Source: Jimgerdemannia flammicorona (lineage: Eukaryota). Taken from it: a stretch of 33,432 bases of DNA. The stretch is from positions 1 through 33,432 of the forward strand of contig RBNJ01000311.1 of assembly GCA_003990765.1 (NCBI GenBank), given 5' to 3'. A program made the position numbers and the translations under genes. This document shows positions 13,021 to 25,452 of this stretch, in pieces (the stretch's first letter is position 1; the number at the start of each line of letters is the position of its first letter). The notes beneath the pieces were generated by a model. It saw only the letters and a program-made list of their open reading frames with translations. It did no database searches and was not told where the DNA came from.

Positions 13021-16000
13021 AGGCGGGGTACGCGCCTTGCGCTTGCGGTGTGTCTTGGGCCGACGAATCAGACTGGGAAGCTTTGGGCAGAGCGCGTCGG
13101 AGGCTCCGCAGTGCAGGAAGAAAGGCTTGAAAATGATTTGGCGCTCCAGTTTGGCGGTTGGGTGGTTGGGTTGGGTTTTTATGTTGGCAACAAAGAGTTG
13201 TCTGAAGTGCTTGGGTTGTCGATACGATGCGGTTATATATATCATCGTCGAATCTCCCAAGTCACAAATCTGGTGGCACTTTGATTATGAAATCTCCATT
13301 CCCGGAAAATGCTTAACAACTGACAAATTCTTTTTTTTGCTTCTGGAAACCGCCACGATTCCAGGATTATCGACGCCATTGGCAACAAAAGATCCAGAAG
13401 CACGGGCTAATACCAGCAGTTCCGTCCTGGATCATCCCTGGACTGGGTTCCGTGCTCCTGATCTTCAATAACACTTGGCTATTGGCCGCGGGCCTTGGGG
13501 CCAAAGCTCAGTGAGCGTCGGTGAGCGTGGGCACGGCCCGCACTAGATGCGGCTCTTCGCTAGCCTACGACGGCTCCGTGCGAAGGAAAAAAAAAAAAAA
13601 ACATTGCTAAATCTGTCTGACAGGTTTTCTCTCCCCAACCAGCCAACCAGCCTTAAGGGGATTGCCGAGCGACGATCTACGGCCCGTATTGCAACGTCAT
13701 AAATTTCTATCACGTGACACGGCGCCTGTGAGTGGTCACACTTGGACCCTTAAGCTAATTTCGCGTGGCGTCCCCTATTCAGGGCAATTACGATCACTGA
13801 TATTGTTTACGCACGACCCACGATCATTGGTTTAAAACTGATCTGCTTCGAATCTTCCGTTCTTTGCAATTTACGTTGGGATCAAATGGAACGAAAAACA
13901 GTCCTGCGGTGTTTTTGACCGCAAGGACAAGCCGACCTGCAAGTACAAATTTAGTGACCACTCTTCCCATACACTGTGGAACAAATGAATAACGCTGTTA
14001 ACCCCTTCCAACGGCCGCCACGACCAAAAGGATGTCGCCGACAAGCTTCCGATCGATTTTGGGACACAGCCAACGATTTAGGGTGTACTTGTGTAAAGCC
14101 AACCAAGCGTACATCCATATCACACAAACGTGACAAACTGAGAACTCCAATGTTGCTCAAACGTGGGAGCGGTTAACCCTGGGCGAAAAGGAAATGATAG
14201 TCAGCGTCGGATTTGGCCGCGACTCGCGGGGCCAACACACCGCGCAATTCAGCCGTGACCACTCTAATATTCCTGAAATGCAGGGATCCTCCTGATTCCC
14301 CGTGCAGCTGCCCTGTTTAAGTCGAGCATTGTGTGATTGATCGAACGATCAGCCATAAACACATACCCAAAACACATATTAGTGGTCGGAGTAAAAAATT
14401 TAGGTCTGATGCCAAGGGCTAGGTAGATATCGTATCCCAAACAATCCCACGCATTGGTCCAAAACACGCGGAGGCGTCGATCCCACTTCCAGTTGCTGAT
14501 GTGAATATCCATGTGGGTAAAATAACAGCCATTACTTTGGTTGCGCACAGTCATTTCCTATCCTGCAGCCCGTCGACGGTAGCTAGTACTTGCCGTGGGT
14601 AAAAAACTTCAACCCCGCTTTGTGGCCAATTTCGGAACTCGAGCGACAATAAATGGATCGCGCTCTCCTGTCGTGCAATGTCGCGTGAGAGAAGTAGACA
14701 CTCGGGTCAGCACTGCACCAACGCCCACGATCATGAGTACTGGTGTAAATAAATGAGAAATATATTCACGCCTATCGATTTGATGCATGACTACCACCGG
14801 CTTGACCATATGAGGTGAAGCTTATTAAAAAGTACCCTATGGCCTATCTGGATTGGTGGTACCTTTTTTCGATTATGTATACCCAAATAATATGGACAAA
14901 AATGCGTCGAAACGTGGCCATGGCGAACGCTCCCCACGTAACACAGCGCCACGCCCGGATCTGCGATTAATAAGACCCATCACGTTGATGGCGAACAAAC
15001 GTGCGGTTTACAGTTTGGAAGGGCTGTGGGGAAATACGTCACCGCCAACGAGGGTTAAGGTTCAATATTTAAGTAGGTGATGTTAGTAATACGTCACGTG
15101 GGCCAGTTTCCACGCCCTGACGTCAACTTGTGGTAGTGCTACGCATCACCAGCCCTTTCGGGCTCCCCCGGAATTGCAGGCTCAGGGCTGGCCCGCCAAA
15201 CATCGTCACCGATCCTCATGAGGCAGCTGTTTTACGTCAGCCGCTTTAGCCTGAGAATAATTTCCATATCTAGTCAGTTGTGTCGAAGGAGGGTTCGCGT
15301 GATACCTGCGAGGTACGGAAGGGGCAACCCGCGGAGGCGTACACCCGGCTACAGGCACCAAGCAGATTGCATGATTTTCTTGGCGCAGGAGACAAATAGG
15401 CAGTTCGCGACGGGTGATGCTTCCTGGCTTCGTGGGTTTGATGTGATGAGAATCAAGATGAAAATCAAACATTCATCTCTCGGGAGGTTATCCGGAGGTG
15501 CATCAGGAATTAGTAATCGCATATTAGATAACGATTTTCGATGACGAGGAAAAGGCTCTGTAAATCGATAGTCGATGATCAAGGAGAGGAAAAGGCGTTT
15601 GACGGGAAGCCACTCCTTGGGGTTCCTTCCCACTGGGTTTTGTGATAATCAATTGCTATGCGGTTACCGGACGGTGTCCTGTTGCTCAAAACTCAAAGCC
15701 AGCGAATCAAATCAATTCGAACTCTGATTCCTCTGCACCAGTCTTTGAATGAAGAGAATTTCGGTGCTGAGAATATACTGCAAACGCGCATTGGAACGCC
15801 AAAGGGAACGAGGGAAAGCCACTTAGTTAAAGACCAGTACAATGATTGGGACGAGAATGATATCACCGTTTATAGGACTACATTAATACAAAGAAACGCC
15901 GTTAGATATTATGCAATTTACCTAACGACAAAATTTCACGAAAACAAAATCGCCGACCTACCTCCAAAGGCCCTTTATCAAATCCACATCGGCCTCCAAC

Positions 16001-17489
16001 TTCATCTCAATCATAAAAACACACACGACGCTGCCAAGGGGGGTTTTTTTTTTTTTTTTTTTTTTTTTCTTGGTCGCTTCCTATTATCACATACATGGGT
16101 TCATTTCTGCCGAATTTCACACCCAGACTCCTAATACCACCGAACCCAACCTGTTTGCCACAAATTTGCTATTGCTACATTACGTCCGATCAGTTTCCCC
16201 TAATCCTGCCATCGCCAACATGCGTTTTCGCACCAAACGACGAGTAAGATCTGGGCCGCGCTCAAAGAGATGGAACAACGAACTTGCCGAAAAGTTGCTG
16301 TGGGAGGCCGCATCAATCAATATTAATATTATGTAATTGAACAGCGGCTGGGAGGCAATGGTCAATGTTCTAAAGCCAGATGTCGTCCCGTGTGGCATCT
16401 GTAGATATCGGCACGTGTAGCATAATGATGGTAGATTTCAGGTTTTGGACTTGCCGATTTGACATCATCAATCGAAAGGTTGCAAAAACGATAGGAAGGC
16501 CGAAACCGCGCATTGCGAAACGCCCCAAAAGAAATCGTTGCCTTGACCATTTTACTGGACTTTACCGAAAGATTATGACCAACGCCGTGCGTGACAAATA
16601 CGCTCCATCCGCAAGAAAATCTAAAAAGGAAATTTTCTTTAAGATTAAGAACCACTGCGGTTTTTGGCCTCCAAAAGGTCAATATTCCAGAATAAGATGC
16701 GGTACGATACGATCCGTGCAAAGGGGGGGGGGAGGGAGGGAGGACGGGGCGTGCGGCACCAGAATTAACAGGACGCCGAGGGGGGCTCCTGCAAACAAAC
16801 CCTGAGTTCGAAAGGCTCGGAGAGTTGATGAATGAAGCCGACGATTAAGACCAGAATGAATAACTCTCCGAGACTGCGGATGGTCATCTAAAGGAGATCT
16901 ACTAGTAGCGTAAGCAAACGTGGTAAAGATGAGTTGCCGCAGGAGACGACCCACGTCTACACCTCGCCAATACTGCCGGTGCTAGTTACTGCTTCTAAAG
17001 AACCTGTTTGGGGCGGGAAACCGGTATCCAAAATTCACGGCACACCCGGCGAGGAAGAAGGACTACACGACAGCTGCGTATCGTAGAAGAAAGAAGAGAA
17101 CGACGCAACTCTGATATGACAATTATTTTTAGTCCTCCTAGAACATTTCAGTCATCATTACTGTATGTAACACAACTAACCCCGTTCTGGCAAACGGGAA
17201 GGAAAAAGTTGACAGAAATCCATTGCCAGATTTGATTCATGTCCGTTACCCATATAAAGAACTGCGGCACCAGTCAGTTTTCGACGTTCAGATCCTGGCG
17301 GAAATTAATATCTAGCCCTAAATCATTGAATAACCCCTTATTCAATGAATTAGCCTAACCAGGTTAAGTTGGAAATGAATTATCCCATTGACAGTTACAT
17401 CATTGGGCCGGTATGTCAATCCGTGTGTCTTTGATGTAAAGGCTGGTGTTTTACTCATTTAACATCTTCAAACCCTAATAAAATCATTT

Positions 17490-18250
17490 CACTGTTTATA
17501 GTTTAAATAATAACTATTGATTTATTTTAAACATGTATATAAAATAAGTAAAAATAAAAATATAATAAAAATATATAATAAATTATTATTATTTATTTAT
17601 TTATAAAATTTTAGATATAGTTTATATGTATATAGTTAAATTTGACTATAATATAAAGCAAGAGATATAAAACTGAGAGATAGTTATTATAATTTTAGTA
17701 AAAAGTAGGTTTAAATTATTTTATATTTCTTTTCATTTATTTATAAAAAAAAACTCTCAATTAAATATAAAATTTTAATATTATTAAATATTTTTTATTA
17801 AAATAAATAATATTTTAAAGATTTATTTTAAACTTTTGCTAAGATTTCAATAGTATTATAAATATTATATTTTAATATTTAAATTTTATTTGCTTAATAT
17901 ATTAAAGTATTTATATAATTAAAAATATATAATTTTTATTTTAAAGATTAATAGTTAAGATTTATAAATTAAATAAAAATTATAAGACTATTTAATAAAT
18001 AATAATAATAACCTCTCTTTATTATAAAAATTTGTTATTAACTAAAATTTATAAAATTATATAATACTATATTAATTATTATAAATTTACTATATCATAA
18101 TGATTTCTTGAGTCTTAATATAATATTAACTATACTTAAACAACAGAACCTTACATTTGGTTTATTATAAAAAGTCTTTGTTATGAAAACACGCTATTAA
18201 AAATAATTTGCTTTATATACAAGATTAGATGTTAGATAATTATAAACAAG
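17490..18250. other. Extreme AT-rich island, probably a hypermutated repeat relic
   Basis: Almost only A/T; the remaining G and C occur mostly as AG/CT; no ORFs; abrupt compositional borders. Confidence 0.6.
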
Positions 18251-18776
18251 TTTTCTGATCGAATGAGAGCAAAATGAATAGCTAGAATAGCAAATGTAAA
18301 CAGCTTACAAGCAGTCACTTGGATGGCTTTAAAGAAAATGTTGCAGCGAGAAAAAAGTCTTTGGGGTTGGGGCTATGCCCACCCACCCGCTACAGTCATT
18401 TCTCATCCGTGGCGAAGCTCGAAAATCTATTCCCGCCCACAGGGTTTCAGCTTTCCCTACCAAACCTTGACGCCGTGGCGAAATCTCTGAGGAAGCCGAG
18501 GTTCGAATTACCCGTCGAACTCAAGATATTCGTAACAGACGATCCATGGAGCGGATCGCGAAAGTAAGGGGCTCCGATACGAATAGTCCCGATTGGATGA
18601 AGGATCAGTTTTTAGTTTGTGGTGCAAACACCAAACATATAACGTCCATCGCTTTGACCTGTCCCTCTGAAGCATTAGAGATATCATTCGTGGCCTCAAC
18701 GCCCTTACCCTCCAGACTACGTTGCTTTCCCCCGCAACGAATATGACATTTCGCCTTCCTGCGCTGAGCCTCCCAG

Positions 18777-19995
18777 ATGTCCACCTCTGTTATTCCCTTC
18801 GGAGGGGGTCATCCGTCGTCGCGGGCGTGGAATCGCACCCGTCCTCCACCCGCACCATCACCGTCGACCTCAAAGTCTTGAAGGTCGACACCCACTCTTT
18901 GGTTGCTCGCGTCCAGGGCGGCGTTTTCGGCCCCGATCTGTTGCGTCAGCTCAAATCGTACGGTCTTACGTTCCGCCATTTCCGGGGGGTTCGACCGTGG
19001 GGAGACGGGCCGCGACGAGAAACGGTGGACACTAACGGGCGGACACTATGCGACGAACAAGACGCATGTAGAAGACTTCGTGGTCGCCGTAAGAATGGTG
19101 ACACGATCCAGACAAATCTGATTCCGGCTTCAGGCGCGGGACCGTCGCGTGGTCGCCGTCGGTTCAGAGGGAATTTTTGGTATCATCACAGATGTTTGGC
19201 CTCGTGTGCACCGGGCGCCGGGATTTAAGGCGAGTCGCCATGTGAGGTTCAAAACATTCGAGGATGGGGTTGAGATCACGCGCAGAGCTCGTTGATGCCG
19301 ACGAATTGTCGGTTGATAGTTCCGGTGGGTTGAATACTTGATTATACATTGCTCTTCCAACTTGTGGTTTCGCATTCGATTATGCACCAATTCATTGCAC
19401 TTTTTCTTTCTTTTTTGCACCAGATGGAGAGTTTCAATATGGGGATCTCTCCTACCCCAATCACCACCCTCATTCTAAGCTTCGAATGCGCGACCATCCC
19501 GGATCTCGAGACTCGCACCTTGCTCCTGCGCTCGCTATTTGCAAGGATCACGACGGCACGTGGCAGGATCCCTCACTGACCATCGCGGCCACGCACCCGA
19601 ATCAGGACGACTCGACGTGGCGTACCAACTTCATTGCGCTGTGAGTTGCATCGGGCCTTGAAGGGGTGCGTGCCAGACGATGGGAGCGTGATTTTGACGT
19701 GCAGGTTGAAGGGATTATGAATCCTGGAACGTTGCTGATGGTGGAAAAGGGAGGAGTAGGGAAGGTGAAGTTGTGAGGAACGTATTAGTATTATTCGGAT
19801 GACCATACACTACAATTTTGTTTTTGCAATATAAAATTGAGTGTAGGGACATCTCGTATACCAATTGCATATATAAGAATCCCAAAAAAAGCCCTCTTGA
19901 CCGGGATTCTTCGCTTGTCCGCAAGCGAAACATGGTGGGAGGAACGGAAAGTCGGCACTACCAATATCGCGGCTCCTTCCAATAGTAGCCAGTAA
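18777..19995 (+). pseudogene. Putative spliced gene remnant of unknown function with a premature stop
   Basis: Candidate exons 19062-19179, 19424-19640 and 19926-19995 join in phase (..AVGSEGIF|DGEFQYGDLSYP...WRTNFIAL|ETWWEERK...*). There is an in-frame TGA at 19119-19121. The upstream exon 18777-18957 does not join in phase. Confidence 0.4.
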
Positions 19996-20340
19996 GGTTT
20001 GAACCCGACAGGTCGGACAAGCATACACAGCGACCATCGACGCTTCTGATCAGAAAGAGACGATCTAGAGAAATGAACCTGTGACACGGGAACGTGTGAT
20101 TATGGATATCAATTAGGCCCGGAGATTGGGTGAACTCGATTAAGATCTGATCTTTTGTCGGGACAGCTCGGATTTAGCCAACCTTAGAATTCGAACAGGG
20201 TTTCTTTTATATAACAAGTAAGTCGCGGAAAAGATCGCCTGAGGGAAGCCGAAACATACGAAACCCTGTGCCACGCATTGATGGAGCGGATTCTGAGCTT
20301 AATGAGAATCTCTGGTACTAAGTAACTGGTACACGCACCC

Positions 20341-20414
20341 CGTTTCTCGCACCCACCGTTTCTCGCACCCGCCGCTTCTCGCACTCGTCGCTTCTCGCAC
20401 TCGTCGCTTCTCGC
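20341..20414. repeat. 16-bp minisatellite (about 4.6 copies) upstream of the Zn2Cys6 gene
   Basis: cgtttctcgcacccac / cgtttctcgcacccgc / cgcttctcgcactcgt / cgcttctcgcactcgt / cgcttctcgc. Confidence 0.9.
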
Positions 20415-20576
20415 TGGCAGCATCAGTGTCAATTTCGGCAAAACGGTAATTTAGGGTTTAAGAAACTACATGTGCGGTATGGTACTTTATTGGGCTAGGG
20501 AAACACTCCGAGCCTACTTACATAAAGTCTGAAACCTGAATCCCCAACTCCTCAACTCTTCGAGTCAATTGTGGAG

Positions 20577-22679
20577 ATGGCCAGCACCGACAGTTCATAC
20601 GACTACCGCGATTTCCAGCATATCTGGAACCCCGCCAAAACCGACAACACCCCAAAACGAACACGCGAGGCTTGCATACGGTGTCGCAGTAAGAGATCCA
20701 GATGCGACGGTGAGAAACCGTGTCACCGGTGTCGGCATGTTCACGCCGAGTGCGAATACTCACAGTCCAAGATGCGCATGCTAAAGGAGTCCACTACCAT
20801 TGGTACCTACGAATCTCAAGACGACGAGGAGGGAGAGATGGATCTTTTGCACGAAGTGCATGCACTGGAGGATGCGCTAGACAAGTTGAGCGCCGAGATT
20901 CTGCAGCTAAAACGTCGGACGCCTGCGAACCGGGAAGGCTTAAATGATTATCCGAGTCCACCACTTTCTAACGCCGATGAGGACAAGTATGCGGAGGGTG
21001 AGTTACATGGAAAGAAGGATGATTCTGTGGTAGCTCTGGGCAACACCAACATCTACACCGAAAAGAAACAGTGGGTCATAGCGATGACCAAGAAAGGAAT
21101 CCGGCTCGAAGCGACCAATACTCGTCAGTTTTACGAACTTTTGGCACATATTGTCAACTCCGCCGCGATTCACCGCGGGCCGCCAACAGTATCTCGCCCA
21201 ATCGGAACTCAAGCTATGACCAGCCTGGCGACGGCTCAATGGCCCAGATGGCGCCGTATGCAAAAGTTCAACACGAAAAAGCGTATACCTATTTTCTCGC
21301 CGGATCCTCTGTTTGACGTTTCGACCCTCGTCATCACCTCCGAGATGGAAGAGGTGTTGTTGAACCTTATCCTACTGCAAAGTGCCGAATGCTCTGTCGC
21401 TCTTCCTCGGAAGGTATTCATTGAACGGTTGTTTTCGTATAATTGGACCCAAAGACTTTCATCCCCCCACGATATGGCCCTCTGTTTTGCCCTCTGCGCA
21501 ATGAATGCCCAACACTTTCTGGCGCACCACATTGACACAACCACACTAAACCTATCGCCCGGCTTCAACACGAGCGAATTCGGTCGAAAGCTAGCCACAA
21601 GGTATTTCTCAAAGGCGCGGGACCTTTTAATGGATCAAGTCTTCGATTACGAATCTAATTACTTGTGTGCAGAAATCGTGGATGCCCTGCACGCCATGTT
21701 CCATTACGTCGTTACCGAGGGTAATCTTGATCTTGCTTCGGTCTACCTCAACATGGCCATCCGAGTCGCGACCCAACTGGATTATCACAAAGCTTTACGT
21801 GACTCGAATGACACCGTCGTCAACGTCGCCGAGCTCGAGAAAGCGCTGACGTGGAATCTCTTGGCCTGCGAAGACCAAGCCATAGCTGCCGTTCTTGGGA
21901 ACCAATCAACCCATACCACCGCCGACGACACGCATCTCAACCTCCTCGACATCACGGTCCGCGTGCCCGCCGACATGTCACAGGACAAGCTGCAACGGCT
22001 TAATGAATTCTTTTACACGGCCAGGAGCTCCGCCATCTCGCGCGATTTTCTTAACGCCTGGTGGGGCGACGGCTCCACCGACCCAACCAAGGATCAGCTA
22101 GACCAATTCGTCGCGGCGTTTGCGCGCTGGGAGGAGGAGCTCCCATTCGATTTGCGCGTCTTGCCTTCCAGTGGCACGGCATTCAGATCCCGCATCTCCT
22201 TTTTCCTCGCCGTCAACATCCAGCTCTATTACCAAATTTCCTTGATCATCTTGTACTACCCATTTACACGCACCGTCCACCCGAACCCATCATCCCTCCC
22301 ACCGGAACTCCCTGAGGAGGCTGAGCGCGCTTATTCCCAGGCCGCCGTCATGGCCACGCGGCTGTTGGTTACGTACGTCCGCGAGGGCGGATGTATGTTC
22401 CCCATCAACGTATATCCAATCGCGAGCAACGCTCACATGCAGCTCGCCATGTCTAAGGACGAGAAGATCGCGAAGACTAACCGGGCGTATGTGGCGAGGG
22501 TTTTGAGAACGGTTAAATGGACGAAAGAATACCAGTTGCGGCAGCATGATTTTCGGAATTTGGCCATGTTGTTGGAGGAGTTCATGATAAGTGAGGGGAT
22601 CGACGTGGATGCCGATGCGAAGTTGGGGCCGGAAGATGATTATTTCACTGTCATTAGAACACCAGGGGTAGGGTGGTGA
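20577..22679 (+). CDS. Zn(II)2Cys6 (GAL4-like) transcription factor with fungal TF middle homology region, intronless, about 700 aa
   Basis: ACIRCRSKRSRCDGEKPCHRCRHVHAECEY, a coiled-coil linker, and a YLNMAIRVATQLDYHK-type middle-homology motif; single long ORF from the ATG at 20577. Confidence 0.93.
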   Translation: MASTDSSYDYRDFQHIWNPAKTDNTPKRTREACIRCRSKRSRCDGEKPCHRCRHVHAECEYSQSKMRMLKESTTIGTYESQDDEEGEMDLLHEVHALEDALDKLSAEILQLKRRTPANREGLNDYPSPPLSNADEDKYAEGELHGKKDDSVVALGNTNIYTEKKQWVIAMTKKGIRLEATNTRQFYELLAHIVNSAAIHRGPPTVSRPIGTQAMTSLATAQWPRWRRMQKFNTKKRIPIFSPDPLFDVSTLVITSEMEEVLLNLILLQSAECSVALPRKVFIERLFSYNWTQRLSSPHDMALCFALCAMNAQHFLAHHIDTTTLNLSPGFNTSEFGRKLATRYFSKARDLLMDQVFDYESNYLCAEIVDALHAMFHYVVTEGNLDLASVYLNMAIRVATQLDYHKALRDSNDTVVNVAELEKALTWNLLACEDQAIAAVLGNQSTHTTADDTHLNLLDITVRVPADMSQDKLQRLNEFFYTARSSAISRDFLNAWWGDGSTDPTKDQLDQFVAAFARWEEELPFDLRVLPSSGTAFRSRISFFLAVNIQLYYQISLIILYYPFTRTVHPNPSSLPPELPEEAERAYSQAAVMATRLLVTYVREGGCMFPINVYPIASNAHMQLAMSKDEKIAKTNRAYVARVLRTVKWTKEYQLRQHDFRNLAMLLEEFMISEGIDVDADAKLGPEDDYFTVIRTPGVGW

Positions 22680-22927
22680 GGGGAGGCAGGAAAAGGATGT
22701 GGGACGAGGGTCGTTTGTGCACAATAAGCGAGGATCCATATAATAATAAAATAATATGATTTAGTACCAGAGATAATTTGACAATAAGTCACAAATTTAC
22801 AGCGCAGCAGATGGATCGCATCTCAAATTTCGCATCTCGAAATTAAAATTTTTGGTGTGTATATAAGCCACAGAACGGCCCCTCGCACCCTCCACACCGC
22901 TCTTCTCTCTCCCAAAACCCACTAACC

Positions 22928-24744
22928 ATGTCGCCACCGCCATCAGCCAAGGGAAGGCACTCCGAGTCTGGCCTTGCTCGCTTCCTAGGCTCCGGCACCT
23001 CCGGCATTCTCGAACTATTTATTTTCCATCCTGTCGATACCGTCGCCAAGCGTCTAATGAGTAACCAGGCTAAGGTACGCGTGTGTTTGTATTGCATGCG
23101 GGAAACAGAGCTTATACCTGAGCAACTTGGGACAGTGGGAATCCCGGACTAAAAGAGACGATTGCGCGCTACCATCACACTATTGCCAGGTCTTCCTCCC
23201 TGGGGCACCCCTCTCTCAAGGTTATGCCACCCTCGACAAGGTTGTCTTCAAGGTACGGTCTCCACGTTCTATTGTTCTGATCAAATCCGAGATCCGTCCA
23301 GGAAACGCGTATATTAATTCCCCTCCTTCGCCCCACACCAGGACGCGTCCACCGCCGGCGTGTTTAAGAAATACGCCTCCCTTTTCCCCGGTCTGGGCTT
23401 CGCGGCTGGCTACAAGATTGCGCAACGCATATACAAGTTTGGCGGGCAGCCATTTGTGAACGATTACCTCAATAACTACCACAAGGCGGCGTTCAACGCG
23501 GCTTTCGGAGACAAGAACGGCAAGACCATGATGCATGCTACAGCGGGCAGGTGCGTTGGATCGAACTAAGCTTTGTTGAAAGTGGGGTTTGCAAGGGTAG
23601 AGCCAAGGCTCGAGAGAATGAACGGCAGGCTTTATCAAGAAAATGGTATTGGCGAGCTTGGTTTTTATGAGGACAAAATCCGAGACGCATGCTGCGTCGT
23701 CGTGGTATGGGGCATATCGTTTATCATAATCATGCGCGCATGTTGTCTAACATCTCCTTTCTTTACACTGTATTCAAATCACGAAACTCTCACAGCTTGG
23801 TCGGCATCGGCGAGATTTTCCTACTCCCGCTGGACGTGCTCAAGATCAAGCGCCAGACGAATCCGGAGACATTCAAGGGTCGTGGCTTCTTGAAGATTGT
23901 GGCGGACGAAGGGTTCGGCTTGTACCGGTATGTAGTGCTTTGTGCGTCGGTGATAGGCATACTGATAACTAGTGTCTGCTTGCGACATGGAAATATCTCG
24001 CAATAGAGTATTTAAGGAGCATACATTTCCAACTCATTTGAACCTATGCATTTATTCCAGTGGTGCCGGTTGGACAGCGGCGAGGAATGCGCCTGGATCT
24101 TTTGCACTGTGAGTATTATCTCCCATATGATCTCCATATAAAATAATGGCATCGTTCACCCCTCTTTACCTTTCTCTTGATAATGTAAATAACTTATCAT
24201 CCCGACTACTACCACCCCCACTAGCTTCGGTGGCTCAGCCTTTGTTAAGGAACACATCTTCCGCCTCAACGACTATAGCAAGGCGACCTTCACGCAAAAC
24301 TTCTTCGCCTCGATTGGTGGCGCGGTGGCTTCCATCACCGTCGCGGCCCCGCTCGACGTGGTCAAGACACGTATTCAGAACCGTAACTTCGAGAACCCCG
24401 AATCTGGTGTTAAGATCATTCGCGATCTGATCAAGCACGAAGGATTCAGCGCGTTCTTCAAGGGGTTGACGCCGAAGATTTTGGTGGTATGTTGATTAGG
24501 ATTGGGCACGAAATGGCTGTTGGGGTATATAGGAGCCACAATGAAGTGTTTAAGAAAACGGTGGAGATATGCACGTGCTGACCAACTATGCCCATCTTTC
24601 CTTTTCTGATGCTCATGTCCTCTGCACTACCAGGTCGGTCCCAAGCTCATCTTCTCCTTCACGATTGCGCAGCAGCTGATTCCTGTCTTCCATAATTTCT
24701 TCGAGGCGAACGGGGTCACGAAGACGGGAACGGCCACCGTTTAA
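22928..24744 (+). CDS. GGC1: Mitochondrial GTP/GDP carrier (SLC25 family), 7 exons
   Basis: SGLARFLGSGTSGILELFIFHPVDTVAKRLMSN, SLFPGLGFAAGYKIAQRIYKFGGQP, LLPLDVLKIKRQTNP, GAGWTAARNAPGSFAL, APLDVVKTRIQN, GLTPKILV|VGPKLIFSF; stop at 24742-24744. Confidence 0.95.
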
Positions 24745-25452
24745 AATATTGGGCGTATGGTGCAGTACAAGGGTGCGGGTGCTTTAGAGTCATGGCGAAA
24801 AATAAATACGGCCATGGTTTTTGTGTCCATAGACATGATTTCTGAATGTTGGGTGAGGTTAGGCAGGCACGTCAAATTGATTATAACTTTAGTGTTGCTT
24901 GATATGTATGCCTGCGAGCTTTTGAAAATCCTCGCCATGTATTATTTGACTACCACGTATTATTCGACTAGCTCAAGCGTCGCCGGACAATCCAATCTGC
25001 AAGGGTCGCCAGCGTCGCATGATGCTCGTCATGCAAGAATATATATTTTTGGGTTTCAAGATTGTTGTGCCTGCACCGTTTGGCCGTTGGGTGACTGGGT
25101 CCTTTTCGCTCTCTTTTTGATGTCGCTTGCTATTTATGATATGGCCACGATCTTTGTGATACTGCAGATATATCACGCACTAATGTACACTAATGATGTC
25201 TCATTGGCTACAGAGCACGTGGAAAAGTTTGGAAGTTGATCGGCATGCATGATGCAAAGGTGCATCAGAGGATGTCTATCGGAGCCCGACTCCGGCCACC
25301 ATGTGGAACAGGTCGATGATGGTAAAGCCGAGAGCAGAGCCGAGAACCGGTGGCTTGGTGGAGTCGTCACGTGTGACTGGGAACCCTCCGCCCGTTTCTT
25401 TTCTTCTGACATGATTCAGCCTATCTTCATCCCTCTTCTTTATCTCCTAAGC

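Noticed and set aside
12890..13471. 193-aa + strand ORF
   Set aside because: Antisense to the coiled-coil gene and its 5' region; not protein-like.
20341..20414. CRISPR-like array
   Set aside because: The 16-bp units are contiguous with no unique spacers; this is a eukaryotic minisatellite.
24757..25239. 160-aa hydrophobic ORF
   Set aside because: Lies in the GGC1 3' UTR/intergenic region with no recognisable domain.
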